Positions 46,318 to 55,051 of a stretch of 64,000 nt of DNA are shown here, one piece after another (positions within the stretch are counted from its first letter, which is position 1; each line of letters begins with the position of its first letter). Origin of the DNA: Candidatus Rokuibacteriota bacterium (GTDB lineage Bacteria > Methylomirabilota > Methylomirabilia > Rokubacteriales > CSP1-6); NCBI GenBank assembly GCA_016188005.1, contig JACPIQ010000121.1, positions 11,866-75,865 on the forward strand, written 5' to 3'. The notes beneath the pieces were generated by a model. That model was not told where the DNA came from and searched no databases. It saw nothing but the letters and a program-made list of their open reading frames with translations. Both the position numbers and the translations under genes were made by a program.

Positions 46318-47574
46318 ATGGCCGCCACCCTCCGCCACGTGATCATCGGCGCCGGCACCGCGGCGCTGGCCGCCGTCGAGGCCATCCGCGTCGGCCGCCC
46401 CGCAGACCCCATCACGCTTCTCAGCGCCGAGCCGGAGGCGCCGTACTCCCCCACGGTGCTGCCGCATCTGCTGGCGGGACGGATCGACGAGTCGCGGATC
46501 GCGCTCCGCCCCGCGGCGTTCTTCGGGACCCGGGGCTGCCGGCTGCTCGCCGGCACGCCGGCGGTGGCGCTCTGCGCCGACCGGCGCGTATTGCGTCTGG
46601 CCGGGGGCGGCGAGCTCGAGTTCGACCGGCTCCTGGTGGCCTCGGGCTCCGAGCCCATCGTGCCTGCCCTCGACAATCCTGACGCCGTGCCGGTTCACAC
46701 GTTCACGCGACTGGCCGATCTCCGCGTGCTCCGCGCCGCGCTGGGAGGCACCTCGCGTGTCGCGGTCCTCGGCGCGGGCCTCATCGGCATGGAGCTGGCC
46801 GAGGCGATCGTTCACCGATGGCCCGGCGCCCGGATCACGGTGGTGGAGCAGGAGCGGCAGGTGCTGCCACGGGCCTTCTGCCGCGAGGATGCCAGGGCCG
46901 TGGAGGACCTGTTCGAGAGCCAGGGCGTCGGGTTCAGGCTGGGCTGCCGGGCCGTGGCGCTCGGGCGGCGTGACGGGGCGGCCCTGTTGACGCTCTCGGA
47001 TGGCGGCTGCGTGGAGGCCGATCTGGTCGTGGCGTGTGTCGGGGTGAAGCCGCGCCTCGGGTTCCTCGCCGGCGCCGGGCTCGCGGTGCGCCGCGGGATC
47101 GTCGTCGACAGGCGGATGGCGACGAGCGCTGCGGGCATCCACGCTGCGGGCGACGTCGCCGAGGGCCCGGGCGCCGACGGGACCATCGGCTGTCACGCGG
47201 TGCTGCCCACGGCGGCGGGGCAGGGACGCGTGGCCGGGGCGAACATGGCCGGGCGTGCTGTCGAGCACGAGGGGTGGCTGCCCGCCAATGTCTTTTCCTT
47301 CTTCGGCCGGCTCCTCGTGAGCGCCGGCGCCACCGAGGCGGTCGGACGACAGACGCGCCTCGGGCAGGCGTCCGGTGCAGGACGGGGCCGGCTCGTGCTC
47401 GATGGAGACAGGCTCGTGGGCGCCTCGTTTGCGGGCATGCCGGCCGATCCCGGCGCTCTCTGCTGGCTGATCCGCGAGCGCGTGCCGGTGAGGGCCCAGG
47501 CCGAGCTGCTCCTGTCCCGCCCGCTCGAGGCAGCCCGATGGCTCTGCGCCCGGGCCCAGCGGGGGACCGCGTGA
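46318..47574 (+). CDS. FAD-dependent pyridine nucleotide-disulfide oxidoreductase (ferredoxin:NAD(P)+ reductase-like) embedded in the POR operon
   Basis: Two Rossmann motifs (VIIGAGTAALAA and VAVLGAGLIGMELAE) plus the GD motif HAAGDVAE. Confidence 0.75.
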   Translation: MAATLRHVIIGAGTAALAAVEAIRVGRPADPITLLSAEPEAPYSPTVLPHLLAGRIDESRIALRPAAFFGTRGCRLLAGTPAVALCADRRVLRLAGGGELEFDRLLVASGSEPIVPALDNPDAVPVHTFTRLADLRVLRAALGGTSRVAVLGAGLIGMELAEAIVHRWPGARITVVEQERQVLPRAFCREDARAVEDLFESQGVGFRLGCRAVALGRRDGAALLTLSDGGCVEADLVVACVGVKPRLGFLAGAGLAVRRGIVVDRRMATSAAGIHAAGDVAEGPGADGTIGCHAVLPTAAGQGRVAGANMAGRAVEHEGWLPANVFSFFGRLLVSAGATEAVGRQTRLGQASGAGRGRLVLDGDRLVGASFAGMPADPGALCWLIRERVPVRAQAELLLSRPLEAARWLCARAQRGTA

Positions 47575-48917
47575 CGGCAGTGACGGCGCCGCCCGCGCTC
47601 CGCGACACGCTCTGCATCGAGTGGGGGGCGTGCCCGCCCGGCTGCCGCGACTGCGTCGAGGCCTGTGCTTTGGCGCGCGGCGTGGCGCGGGTCACGGCGC
47701 TGGACCTGGCGGAGGTGTCCTTCCACGGCGCGCTGACGTGCGGGCAATGCGGGGAGCCGGCCTGCCGGGACGCGTGCCCTACCGGCGCCATCGTGCGCGA
47801 GGAGTCGGGCGTGGTTCGCCTCGATCAGGAGCGCTGTGTCGGCTGCGGCGCCTGCGCGGGGGCCTGCGCCTGGGGCGGAATCACGCTGGACGCGGTCACC
47901 GGTCGCGCGTCCAAGTGCGACACCTGCGGCGGCCGGCCCGCGTGCGCCCTGGCCTGCACGACCGGCCGCCTCCGGTGGGTGGAAACCTCGGCGCTGGCGC
48001 GACGGCTCGGCCATCCCGATCCCTTCACGCAGGGCGTGAGCCTCTGCCCGGGCTGTGCGGCGGAGCTGGGCTTCCGCACGGCCTTTCGCGCCATCGGCCC
48101 GGACGCCGTGGTCTTCGCCGCCCCCGGCTGCGCCTGCATGCTCGCCTGCGGCCTCGGCACTGCCGCCACGACGCGGCTGCCCAGCGTCATGTCACTCATG
48201 ACCAATGTCCCGTCGCTCATGACCGGGGTGGCGCGCCAGCTGCGCCGCTCAGGCGCCAGGACGCGGGCGGTGGCCTTCGTGGGAGACGGCACGACCGCGG
48301 ATGTGGGGTTCCAGCCCCTGTCGGGCGCGGCGGAGCGGGGCGAGCCGATCGTCTACATCTGCTACGACAACGAAGGGTACATGAACACGGGCGCTCAGCG
48401 CAGCAGCACGACGCTCCAGGGGGCGCGGACCATGACGACGCCCGTCGGTCCGGGGCAGGCGGGAAAGAGGCAGGTGCCCAAGGACGTGGCCGTGCTCATG
48501 GCGATGCACGGCGCGGCCTACGTGGCCACGGCCAGCGTGTCGCATCCGGAGGACTTCGCGGCCAAGCTCGAGCGCGCGCTTGCCGCGGAGGACGGGCTCG
48601 CCTACATCCATCTCTATGCCCCCTGCCACGTGGGCTGGCAGGCCCCGATGGACGCCGCGGTGGAGATCGCCCGGATGGCCGTCCTGACGCGTGTCTTCCC
48701 CCTCTGGGAGGCGCGGCGCGGCCGCTTCCGACTGACGCATCCCATCGCCCACCCCCGCCCGCTCGGGGACTTCGCGGGGCTGATGGGCCGCCTCCGTCAT
48801 CTCGACGAGGACGGGCTGCGCGCGCTTGGCCGGGCGGTGGAGGAGCGCTACCGCCGGGTCGAGGCCCTCTGCGCCGCGCTGCCATGGCAGGAGCCGGGCG
48901 CGGCGGGTGGGCGATAA
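47571..48917 (+). CDS. porB: Fusion of an N-terminal multi-[4Fe-4S] ferredoxin domain with the 2-oxoacid:ferredoxin oxidoreductase beta (TPP-binding) subunit
   Basis: N-terminal ~140 aa with several Cys clusters (CPPGCRDCVEAC, CGQCGEPACRDACP, CVGCGACAGAC, CDTCGGRPACALAC). Then the PorB TPP domain (GCAAELGFR...VGDGTTADVGF...YICYDNEGYMNTG). GTGA overlap with the upstream gene. Confidence 0.8.
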   Translation: MTAVTAPPALRDTLCIEWGACPPGCRDCVEACALARGVARVTALDLAEVSFHGALTCGQCGEPACRDACPTGAIVREESGVVRLDQERCVGCGACAGACAWGGITLDAVTGRASKCDTCGGRPACALACTTGRLRWVETSALARRLGHPDPFTQGVSLCPGCAAELGFRTAFRAIGPDAVVFAAPGCACMLACGLGTAATTRLPSVMSLMTNVPSLMTGVARQLRRSGARTRAVAFVGDGTTADVGFQPLSGAAERGEPIVYICYDNEGYMNTGAQRSSTTLQGARTMTTPVGPGQAGKRQVPKDVAVLMAMHGAAYVATASVSHPEDFAAKLERALAAEDGLAYIHLYAPCHVGWQAPMDAAVEIARMAVLTRVFPLWEARRGRFRLTHPIAHPRPLGDFAGLMGRLRHLDEDGLRALGRAVEERYRRVEALCAALPWQEPGAAGGR

Positions 48918-48918
48918 C

Positions 48919-49638
48919 GTGTTCAACCGGACGATCCCGCTCTGGTACCAGCTGGCGCAGATGCTCCGCGCCGAGATTCTCGCGGGTACCCTGGCCGCAG
49001 GGGAGCGCGTGCCCGCCGAGGTGGCGCTGGCCCGCCGCTACGAGGTGAGCGTGGTGACGGTGCGCCAGGCACTGCGGGCGCTGGAGGACGAGTCGCTGAT
49101 CTCGCGCCAGCGTGGGCGCGGCACCTTCGTGACGCCGGGGCCGCATCACCGCAAGGAGCTGCGGCTGATGGGCTCCATCCAGTCCGTCATCGCCCAGCAG
49201 TACAGCGAGGAAACGGAGGTGCTCGAGCAGAGCACGGTGCCCGTGCCGCCGGCGCTGGCGCGACACTTCCCGGGGGAGCGCGATCTCTGCTTCTTCCGGC
49301 GGCTCAGGCGTGACCAGGGCGTACCCCTGTCCTATGCGCTCAACTACGTCCGGCCCGAGTACGGCGGCCAGATCGACCCCGCGATGCTCCGGCGGGACCC
49401 GATGCTGAAGATCGTGCGGGACGTGCTCGGGGTGAAGCTCTCCGATGTGCAGATCTCCATCGAGGCGCGGCGCGCGCAGCAGGACATCGCCGGGCCCCTG
49501 GGTGTGGACATCCTGAGCCCCGTGCTCTTCTTCTCGGGCGTGGTGTTCGACCTCGCGCGGCGCGTGGTGGATGTGGCCTGGATCTACTACCGGGCCGACC
49601 GTTTCACCTTCACCCTGGACGTGGACGTGAGGAGCTGA
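48919..49638 (+). CDS. GntR-family (HutC/UTRA subfamily) transcriptional regulator
   Basis: wHTH LWYQLAQMLRAEILAGTLAAGERVPAEVALARRYEVSVVTVRQAL followed by a UTRA-like C-terminal domain. Confidence 0.8.
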   Translation: MFNRTIPLWYQLAQMLRAEILAGTLAAGERVPAEVALARRYEVSVVTVRQALRALEDESLISRQRGRGTFVTPGPHHRKELRLMGSIQSVIAQQYSEETEVLEQSTVPVPPALARHFPGERDLCFFRRLRRDQGVPLSYALNYVRPEYGGQIDPAMLRRDPMLKIVRDVLGVKLSDVQISIEARRAQQDIAGPLGVDILSPVLFFSGVVFDLARRVVDVAWIYYRADRFTFTLDVDVRS

Positions 49639-49725
49639 TGAGCCCCGCAGAAGACCTTTGGCGCGAGGCGCCAGGGCCCGGAGGGCAGGGCCCCGGCGTC
49701 AGCCGGCTCCGGGATCGTCGGTAGG

Positions 49726-50586
49726 ATGGGGTGCGGCGCGCCGTTTGCGGTCACCGTCGACGGACTGGCGCTTGCGCTGGCCGACTGGAGGGGAGGGGAC
49801 GGCGGTCGCCCGATGCTGCTGCTGCATTCGCTGGCGGCGCATCTGCACTGGTGGGATTGGGCGGCGCCGTTCTGGGCGGCGCGGCGTCGCGTGGTCGCGC
49901 TGGACTTCAGAGGCCATGGCGCGAGCGCGCATGCCACGCCGCCCGCCTACGGCTTCGAGGAGCACGCACGGGATGTGGAGGGCGTGCTGTCGGCGCTTGG
50001 CCTCGGGCCCGGGGTGCTGGTGGGCCACTCCATGGGTGCCTACGTGGGAGCGGTGGTGGCCGCCCGCCGTCCCGATCTCGTCGGCGCGCTGGTGATCGCC
50101 GACATGCTGTCCGCCTGGACGCCGGAGCAGGCGGCGGCCGCCGGGCGCCAGGCCGCCCGGCCGCCGGTCGACTTCGCGACGCGAGCGGAGGCCGGAGCAC
50201 GCTTCAGGCTCCAGCCGCCCGACACCACCGCGACGCCGGAGATGCTGCGCCACCTCGGCGAGAGCGGCGTCCGGGAGGTGGCTCCTGGCGCCTGGCGGCT
50301 TGCCTTCGACCGCGGCGTGTTCGGCCATCCTCCGGTGGACCCGTGGCCCGTACTCCCCGGACTCCGGTGTCCCACGCTGGTGCTCCACGGAGAGGGGAGC
50401 CGGGTGATGGACCGGGTGGCCGCCGAGCGTGTCGGCGCGGCGATTCCCCGCGCGACCGTCGTCACGTTGCCCGGCGCCTTCCACCACCTCGGGCTGGACC
50501 AGCCGGCGTCTTTCGCCGAAACCGTGGACGAGTGGTTGACCACCATCAGTTCAAGGACCCGGGCGGCACGGTCCGGGGGAGGATGA
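49726..50586 (+). CDS. Alpha/beta hydrolase fold protein
   Basis: LVGHSMGAYV nucleophile elbow and LLLHS oxyanion region. Confidence 0.75.
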   Translation: MGCGAPFAVTVDGLALALADWRGGDGGRPMLLLHSLAAHLHWWDWAAPFWAARRRVVALDFRGHGASAHATPPAYGFEEHARDVEGVLSALGLGPGVLVGHSMGAYVGAVVAARRPDLVGALVIADMLSAWTPEQAAAAGRQAARPPVDFATRAEAGARFRLQPPDTTATPEMLRHLGESGVREVAPGAWRLAFDRGVFGHPPVDPWPVLPGLRCPTLVLHGEGSRVMDRVAAERVGAAIPRATVVTLPGAFHHLGLDQPASFAETVDEWLTTISSRTRAARSGGG

Positions 50587-50587
50587 C

Positions 50588-52552
50588 ATGGAGCCGAGTG
50601 GGCCGGGCGTGAAGAAGTACGGGCATCTCTTCGAGCCGTTCCGCGTGGGCAGGTTCACGCCGCGGAACCGCGTCAAGTACGCGGCCTGCTCCGTGTCCAA
50701 CTTCAACACCGAGGACGGCTTCATCACTGACCGCGAGTACGCGCGCATGGACGTCATCGCCCGCACGGGGTGCGGGCTCATCACCAACCAGGGCGCCTAC
50801 CCGGACCCGCGGGGCGAGGGCAAGGCCTACATGCGCCAGATCGCCCTCTGCGATGACCGCTACGTGCCCGGCCTCAGGAAGATCGCCGACATGCTGCACG
50901 CCGGAGGGGCCGTGGCCATCCAGCAGATCCTGCACGGCGGCCGCTACGGCGGCATCAACCTGGCCTACGCGCTGCAGCCCTCGGCCACGCCGCAGACGCT
51001 GCGCCACTTCCGCAAGCCCAAGGAGATGTCGGTGGAGGAGATCCACGACATCATCCGGCAGCATGCGGACGCCGCCACGCGAGCCATGGACGCGGGCTTC
51101 GACGGGGTGGAGCACACGGCCTTCATGGGCTATCTCCTCGCCAACTTCCTGTCGAGCTTCACCAACAAGCGGGAGGACCGGTACGGCGGCTCGGTGGAGA
51201 ATCGCGCCCGCTTCCTCATCGAGCTGCTGGAGGCCACGCGCCGCGCCATCGGCCGGGACGCCCTGCTGGTCGTGCGGCTGAACGGCGAGGAGCTGATGGA
51301 CGAGTTCGGCGGCTCCACGCCCGAGGAGTGCGTGGAGTTCATGCGGCTGGCCGAGCAGGCCGGCGTGGACATGCTCAGCATCGTGGTGGGCTGGCACGAG
51401 GCGCGCAAGGGGGCGCTCGGGCGGGACGTGCCCACCGACGGCTGGCTGCCACTGGCCGTCCGCGCCAAGGCCGCCGTGAAGATCCCGGTGGCCTTCGGCC
51501 CGCGCTTCGGCGACCCGGTCATGGCCAACGAGGCCATCGCCGCCGGCAAGATGGAGCTCTGGGAGGTGTGCCGGCCCTTCCTCGCCGACCCGATGCTGCT
51601 GCAGAAGACGGCCGAGGACCGCGTGGAGGAGATCCGGCCCTGCGTGGGTGGGCTCCTGTGTCTCTCGCGCATGTTCCGCGATCTGCCCTACAACTGCGCC
51701 ATGAACCCCAGGCTGTCGCACGAGTACGAGCCGCAGTACGAGGTGCGCCCCGCGCCCACGCCCAAGCGGGTGCTCGTGGTGGGCGGGGGGCCGGCGGGGC
51801 TCGAGGCGGCCAGGATCGCCGCCGAGCGCGGCCATCAGGTCACGCTGGTGGAGAGGCGCGGGAGGCTCGGCGGGCAGCTCGTCCACGCCTCGAGGGAGGT
51901 GGACGGCGGCTACATCTGGCTCCGGCTCATCCGCTACTACGAGACGCAGCTGGCCCGCTACGGCGTGGAGGTCCGACTCGGCCAGGAGATGACCCGCGAG
52001 CTGTGCGACAGGATGAAGCCCGACGCCATCGTCGTGGCCACCGGCGCCGCCCTCGAGATCCAGGGGCGCTACCCGGTGGATGGCGGCGTGCTGCTCGACG
52101 TGTACGACGTGCTGGAGGACCGCGTCCCGGTGGGGCAGCGGGTGGTCGTCCTGAGCGGGGAACGCGCGGGACTCGTCTGCGCCGAGTCCCTGTCGGCCCA
52201 GGGCAAGCGCGTGACCGTCGTGGAGGCCGGCGACAGGATCGCCTCGGACGTCATCCCCACCTTCCGGTGGCGGCACATGGCCTGGGTGAAGGAGTACGGC
52301 ATCGAGACCGTGACCGGCGCCCGCGTGGAGGCAGTCACCGCCGGCGGGGTGGCCGTGATCGGCAAGGACGGGGCGCGACGGGTGATCCCTGCCGACAGCG
52401 TGATCGCCGCGGGCCCCCGGGGCTCGGTGCAGGGGCTCGTGGACGGGCTCGAGTTCTCGGGTGACGAGCTGTACATCGCCGGCGACGTGATCCGCCCCCG
52501 GGCGGTCCACAACGCGGTGCGGGAGGGGTTCCTGGCCGGGGTGCGCATCTGA
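50588..52552 (+). CDS. Old-yellow-enzyme-type NADH:flavin oxidoreductase fused to an FAD/NAD(P)-binding domain (2,4-dienoyl-CoA reductase FadH-like)
   Basis: N-terminal TIM-barrel OYE domain, a Cys cluster (CVGGLLCLSRMF...C), then a Rossmann motif VLVVGGGPAGLEAA. Confidence 0.8.
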   Translation: MEPSGPGVKKYGHLFEPFRVGRFTPRNRVKYAACSVSNFNTEDGFITDREYARMDVIARTGCGLITNQGAYPDPRGEGKAYMRQIALCDDRYVPGLRKIADMLHAGGAVAIQQILHGGRYGGINLAYALQPSATPQTLRHFRKPKEMSVEEIHDIIRQHADAATRAMDAGFDGVEHTAFMGYLLANFLSSFTNKREDRYGGSVENRARFLIELLEATRRAIGRDALLVVRLNGEELMDEFGGSTPEECVEFMRLAEQAGVDMLSIVVGWHEARKGALGRDVPTDGWLPLAVRAKAAVKIPVAFGPRFGDPVMANEAIAAGKMELWEVCRPFLADPMLLQKTAEDRVEEIRPCVGGLLCLSRMFRDLPYNCAMNPRLSHEYEPQYEVRPAPTPKRVLVVGGGPAGLEAARIAAERGHQVTLVERRGRLGGQLVHASREVDGGYIWLRLIRYYETQLARYGVEVRLGQEMTRELCDRMKPDAIVVATGAALEIQGRYPVDGGVLLDVYDVLEDRVPVGQRVVVLSGERAGLVCAESLSAQGKRVTVVEAGDRIASDVIPTFRWRHMAWVKEYGIETVTGARVEAVTAGGVAVIGKDGARRVIPADSVIAAGPRGSVQGLVDGLEFSGDELYIAGDVIRPRAVHNAVREGFLAGVRI

Positions 52553-52556
52553 CCCC

Positions 52557-53327
52557 ATGAGCGATCTATTCTCCATTCGTGGCAAGGTGGCGCTGGTGAC
52601 CGGCGGCTCGCGCGGCATCGGGCTGATGATCGCGCGCGGCTTCGTGGAGGCCGGGGCGCGCGTCTACATCTCCTCTCGCAAGAAGGAGGTCTGCGACCAG
52701 GTGGCCGCGGAGCTGTCGGCCACAGGGAGCTGCGTGTCGCTGCCGGCCGATCTGTCCAGCGGGGCGGAGGGGCGGCGGGTCGCGCAGGAGATCGGGACCC
52801 GCGAGCCGGCGCTGCACATCCTCGTGAACAACGCTGGCGCTACCTGGGGCGCCCCGCTCCAGGAGTACCCGGAGTCGGCGTGGGACAAGGTGCTGGCCAT
52901 CAACGTCAAGGCGGTGTTTCACCTGACGCAGGCCCTGCTCCCGCTGCTGGAGAAGGCCGCGCGGCCCGGCGATCCGGCGCGCGTGATCAACGTGGGCTCC
53001 ATCGACGGGCTCCGCGTGCCGCTGTGGGAGTCGTACGCCTACTCCGCGAGCAAGGCTGCCGTGCACCACCTCACGCGCGCCCTGGCGGTGCAGCTGGGCA
53101 GCCGGCGCATCACGGTCAATGCGATCGCTCCCGGCCCCTTCGAGAGCAAGATGATGGCCGAGACCCTGAAGCAGCTCGGCGAGGTCATCGTGGCGGCCTG
53201 CCCGCTCGGGCGCATCGGCGAGCCGGAGGACATGGCGGGGGCGGCGATCTTCCTCGCTTCCCGCGCCGGCGCCTACGTGACCGGCCAGGTCCTCGCCGTG
53301 GACGGGGGGCTGTCCATCCGCCCGTAA
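52557..53327 (+). CDS. SDR-family oxidoreductase (FabG-like)
   Basis: ALVTGGSRGIGL, NNAG, and YSASKAA. Confidence 0.85.
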   Translation: MSDLFSIRGKVALVTGGSRGIGLMIARGFVEAGARVYISSRKKEVCDQVAAELSATGSCVSLPADLSSGAEGRRVAQEIGTREPALHILVNNAGATWGAPLQEYPESAWDKVLAINVKAVFHLTQALLPLLEKAARPGDPARVINVGSIDGLRVPLWESYAYSASKAAVHHLTRALAVQLGSRRITVNAIAPGPFESKMMAETLKQLGEVIVAACPLGRIGEPEDMAGAAIFLASRAGAYVTGQVLAVDGGLSIRP

Positions 53328-53476
53328 CGACTCGGGCGCCATGACGCCCACGGCGGACATCGTCATCCCCGGCTCCTCGTGACGGCGCCGGGAGGGTGCC
53401 CGACCCGCCGGGTGCGGCCCTGGCGCTCCTGCGCTATGCTGATGGCATGCCGACACGACCAGGGAGGATGATGACC

Positions 53477-53986
53477 ATGCGCACGATCTTGATCGCAGCC
53501 ACTGTCCTGGCGTTTCTCTCACCCGCCCTCGTCGCCGAGGCGCAGATGAAGCCGATGGCACCTCCGGCCCCCGCCCAGGGCCAGGCGCCGGCAGCCTCGC
53601 AGCCGTCTGACCAGCAGTCCCAGCACCACCCGCAGGCGGCGCAGCAGAAGGCGCAGCCGAAGGCCCAGCAGAAGCCGCAACAGCAGCCTCAGCACACGAT
53701 GATGGGCGGCATGATGGGCCAGGGCATGATGGGTGGCATGATGATGTGCCCGATGATGGGGCACGCGATGATGGGCGGTCAGGGCATGCAGGGCATGATG
53801 GGGCAGGGGATGATGGGTGGCCAGGGGATGCCGGGCATGACGCGCGGAAGCGGCACGATGCGCGGCCCCCTCGACATGTCGGACCCCAAGGCCGCCGCCC
53901 GGACGCTCCGGCTCCGCGGCGATCTCATGAAAGCCATGGGCGAGGTCATGCTCAAGCACGCCGAGGCCCTCGCGCAGGAGAAGTAG
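53477..53986 (+). CDS. Secreted methionine-rich low-complexity protein (MGxGMM repeats), putative metal (Cu(I))-binding
   Basis: RBS GGAGG 9 nt upstream of ATG 53477. Signal peptide MRTILIAATVLAFLSPALVAEA. Q/P-rich linker. Then MMGGMMGQGMMGGMMMCPMMGHAMMGGQGMQGMMGQGMMGGQGMPGM and a C-terminal helix. Confidence 0.5.
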   Translation: MRTILIAATVLAFLSPALVAEAQMKPMAPPAPAQGQAPAASQPSDQQSQHHPQAAQQKAQPKAQQKPQQQPQHTMMGGMMGQGMMGGMMMCPMMGHAMMGGQGMQGMMGQGMMGGQGMPGMTRGSGTMRGPLDMSDPKAAARTLRLRGDLMKAMGEVMLKHAEALAQEK

Positions 53987-54022
53987 GCCGGGTCCCCGCG
54001 CCCGGCGGTTCCCCGGGACTCC

Positions 54023-55036
54023 TCAGCCGGTCAGGAGGACGGCCGTTCCCTGCACCCGGTCCTGCGCCAGGTCCTGGAGGGCGCGGTTGGCGTCGGTCAG
54101 CGCGTAGCGCGTCACGCGCGGGCGGATCGGGATGGCCGCGGCCTCGCGGAGCAGCGCTTCGCCGTCCTCGCGGGTGTTGGCGGTGACGCTCCGGAGCGTC
54201 TTCTCCCAGAAGAGGTGGCGCTCGTAGCCGAGCCCCGGCACGTCCGTCATGTGGATGCCCGCCAGTGCCAGCGTCCCGCCCTTGTCGAGGGCCTCCAGTG
54301 CCGTCGGGACGATCTCGCCGGCGGGGGCGAAGACGATGGCGGCGTCCACCTTCTCGGGGGGGCGCTCGTCGGGGCCGCCCGCCCAGCGGGCGCCGAGGTC
54401 CAGCGCGAGCCTCCGGTGGGCCGGGTCGCGCGTCACGACGTACACGGCGCAGCCCCAGGAGCGCGCGACCTGGATGGCGACATGCGCCGAGGAGCCGAAA
54501 CCGTAGAGCGCCAGCCGCCCGCCGCGGGGCACACCCGAGCGACGCAGCGCCCGGTAGCCGATGATCCCCGCGCAGAGGAGCGGCGCCGTCTCGGCATCGT
54601 CAAAACCGGCCGGGATCCGATAGGCGAAGGCCGCGGGCACCGTCGTCGCTTCGGCGTAGCCGCCGTCGTGGGTCCAGCCGGTGTAGGTCGAGCCCTCGCA
54701 GAGATTCTCTCGCCCCGAGGCGCAGAAGCGGCAGCGGGCGCACGTGGAGCGCAGCCACGCGATCCCGACGCGGTCGCCCACGGCCAGACGCGAGACCCCC
54801 GCGCCCAGGGCCTCCACCACGCCCACCGCCTGGTGGCCGGGGATGAGGGGCAGCCGCCGTGGCGGCAGGTCGCCCTCGATGACGTGCAGATCGGTGCGGC
54901 AAGCGGCGCAGGCGCTCACGCGGACGCGCACCTCGCCCCGGTCAGGCTCGGGGCGCGGGAGATCGGCGAGGCGAAGCGGCGAGGAGGCGATGGACGCCTG
55001 GGCCGAGAGCACCATGGCCCGCATCGTGGCGCGCAT
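54023..55036 (-). CDS. Zinc-dependent alcohol dehydrogenase (MDR family)
   Basis: [12 protein letters not shown], structural-Zn cysteines C-x2-C-x2-C-x7-C ([15 protein letters not shown]), and Rossmann motif [13 protein letters not shown]. Confidence 0.85.
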   Translation of the reverse strand: MRATMRAMVLSAQASIASSPLRLADLPRPEPDRGEVRVRVSACAACRTDLHVIEGDLPPRRLPLIPGHQAVGVVEALGAGVSRLAVGDRVGIAWLRSTCARCRFCASGRENLCEGSTYTGWTHDGGYAEATTVPAAFAYRIPAGFDDAETAPLLCAGIIGYRALRRSGVPRGGRLALYGFGSSAHVAIQVARSWGCAVYVVTRDPAHRRLALDLGARWAGGPDERPPEKVDAAIVFAPAGEIVPTALEALDKGGTLALAGIHMTDVPGLGYERHLFWEKTLRSVTANTREDGEALLREAAAIPIRPRVTRYALTDANRALQDLAQDRVQGTAVLLTG

Positions 55037-55051
55037 GGGTGGGACTCGTGG

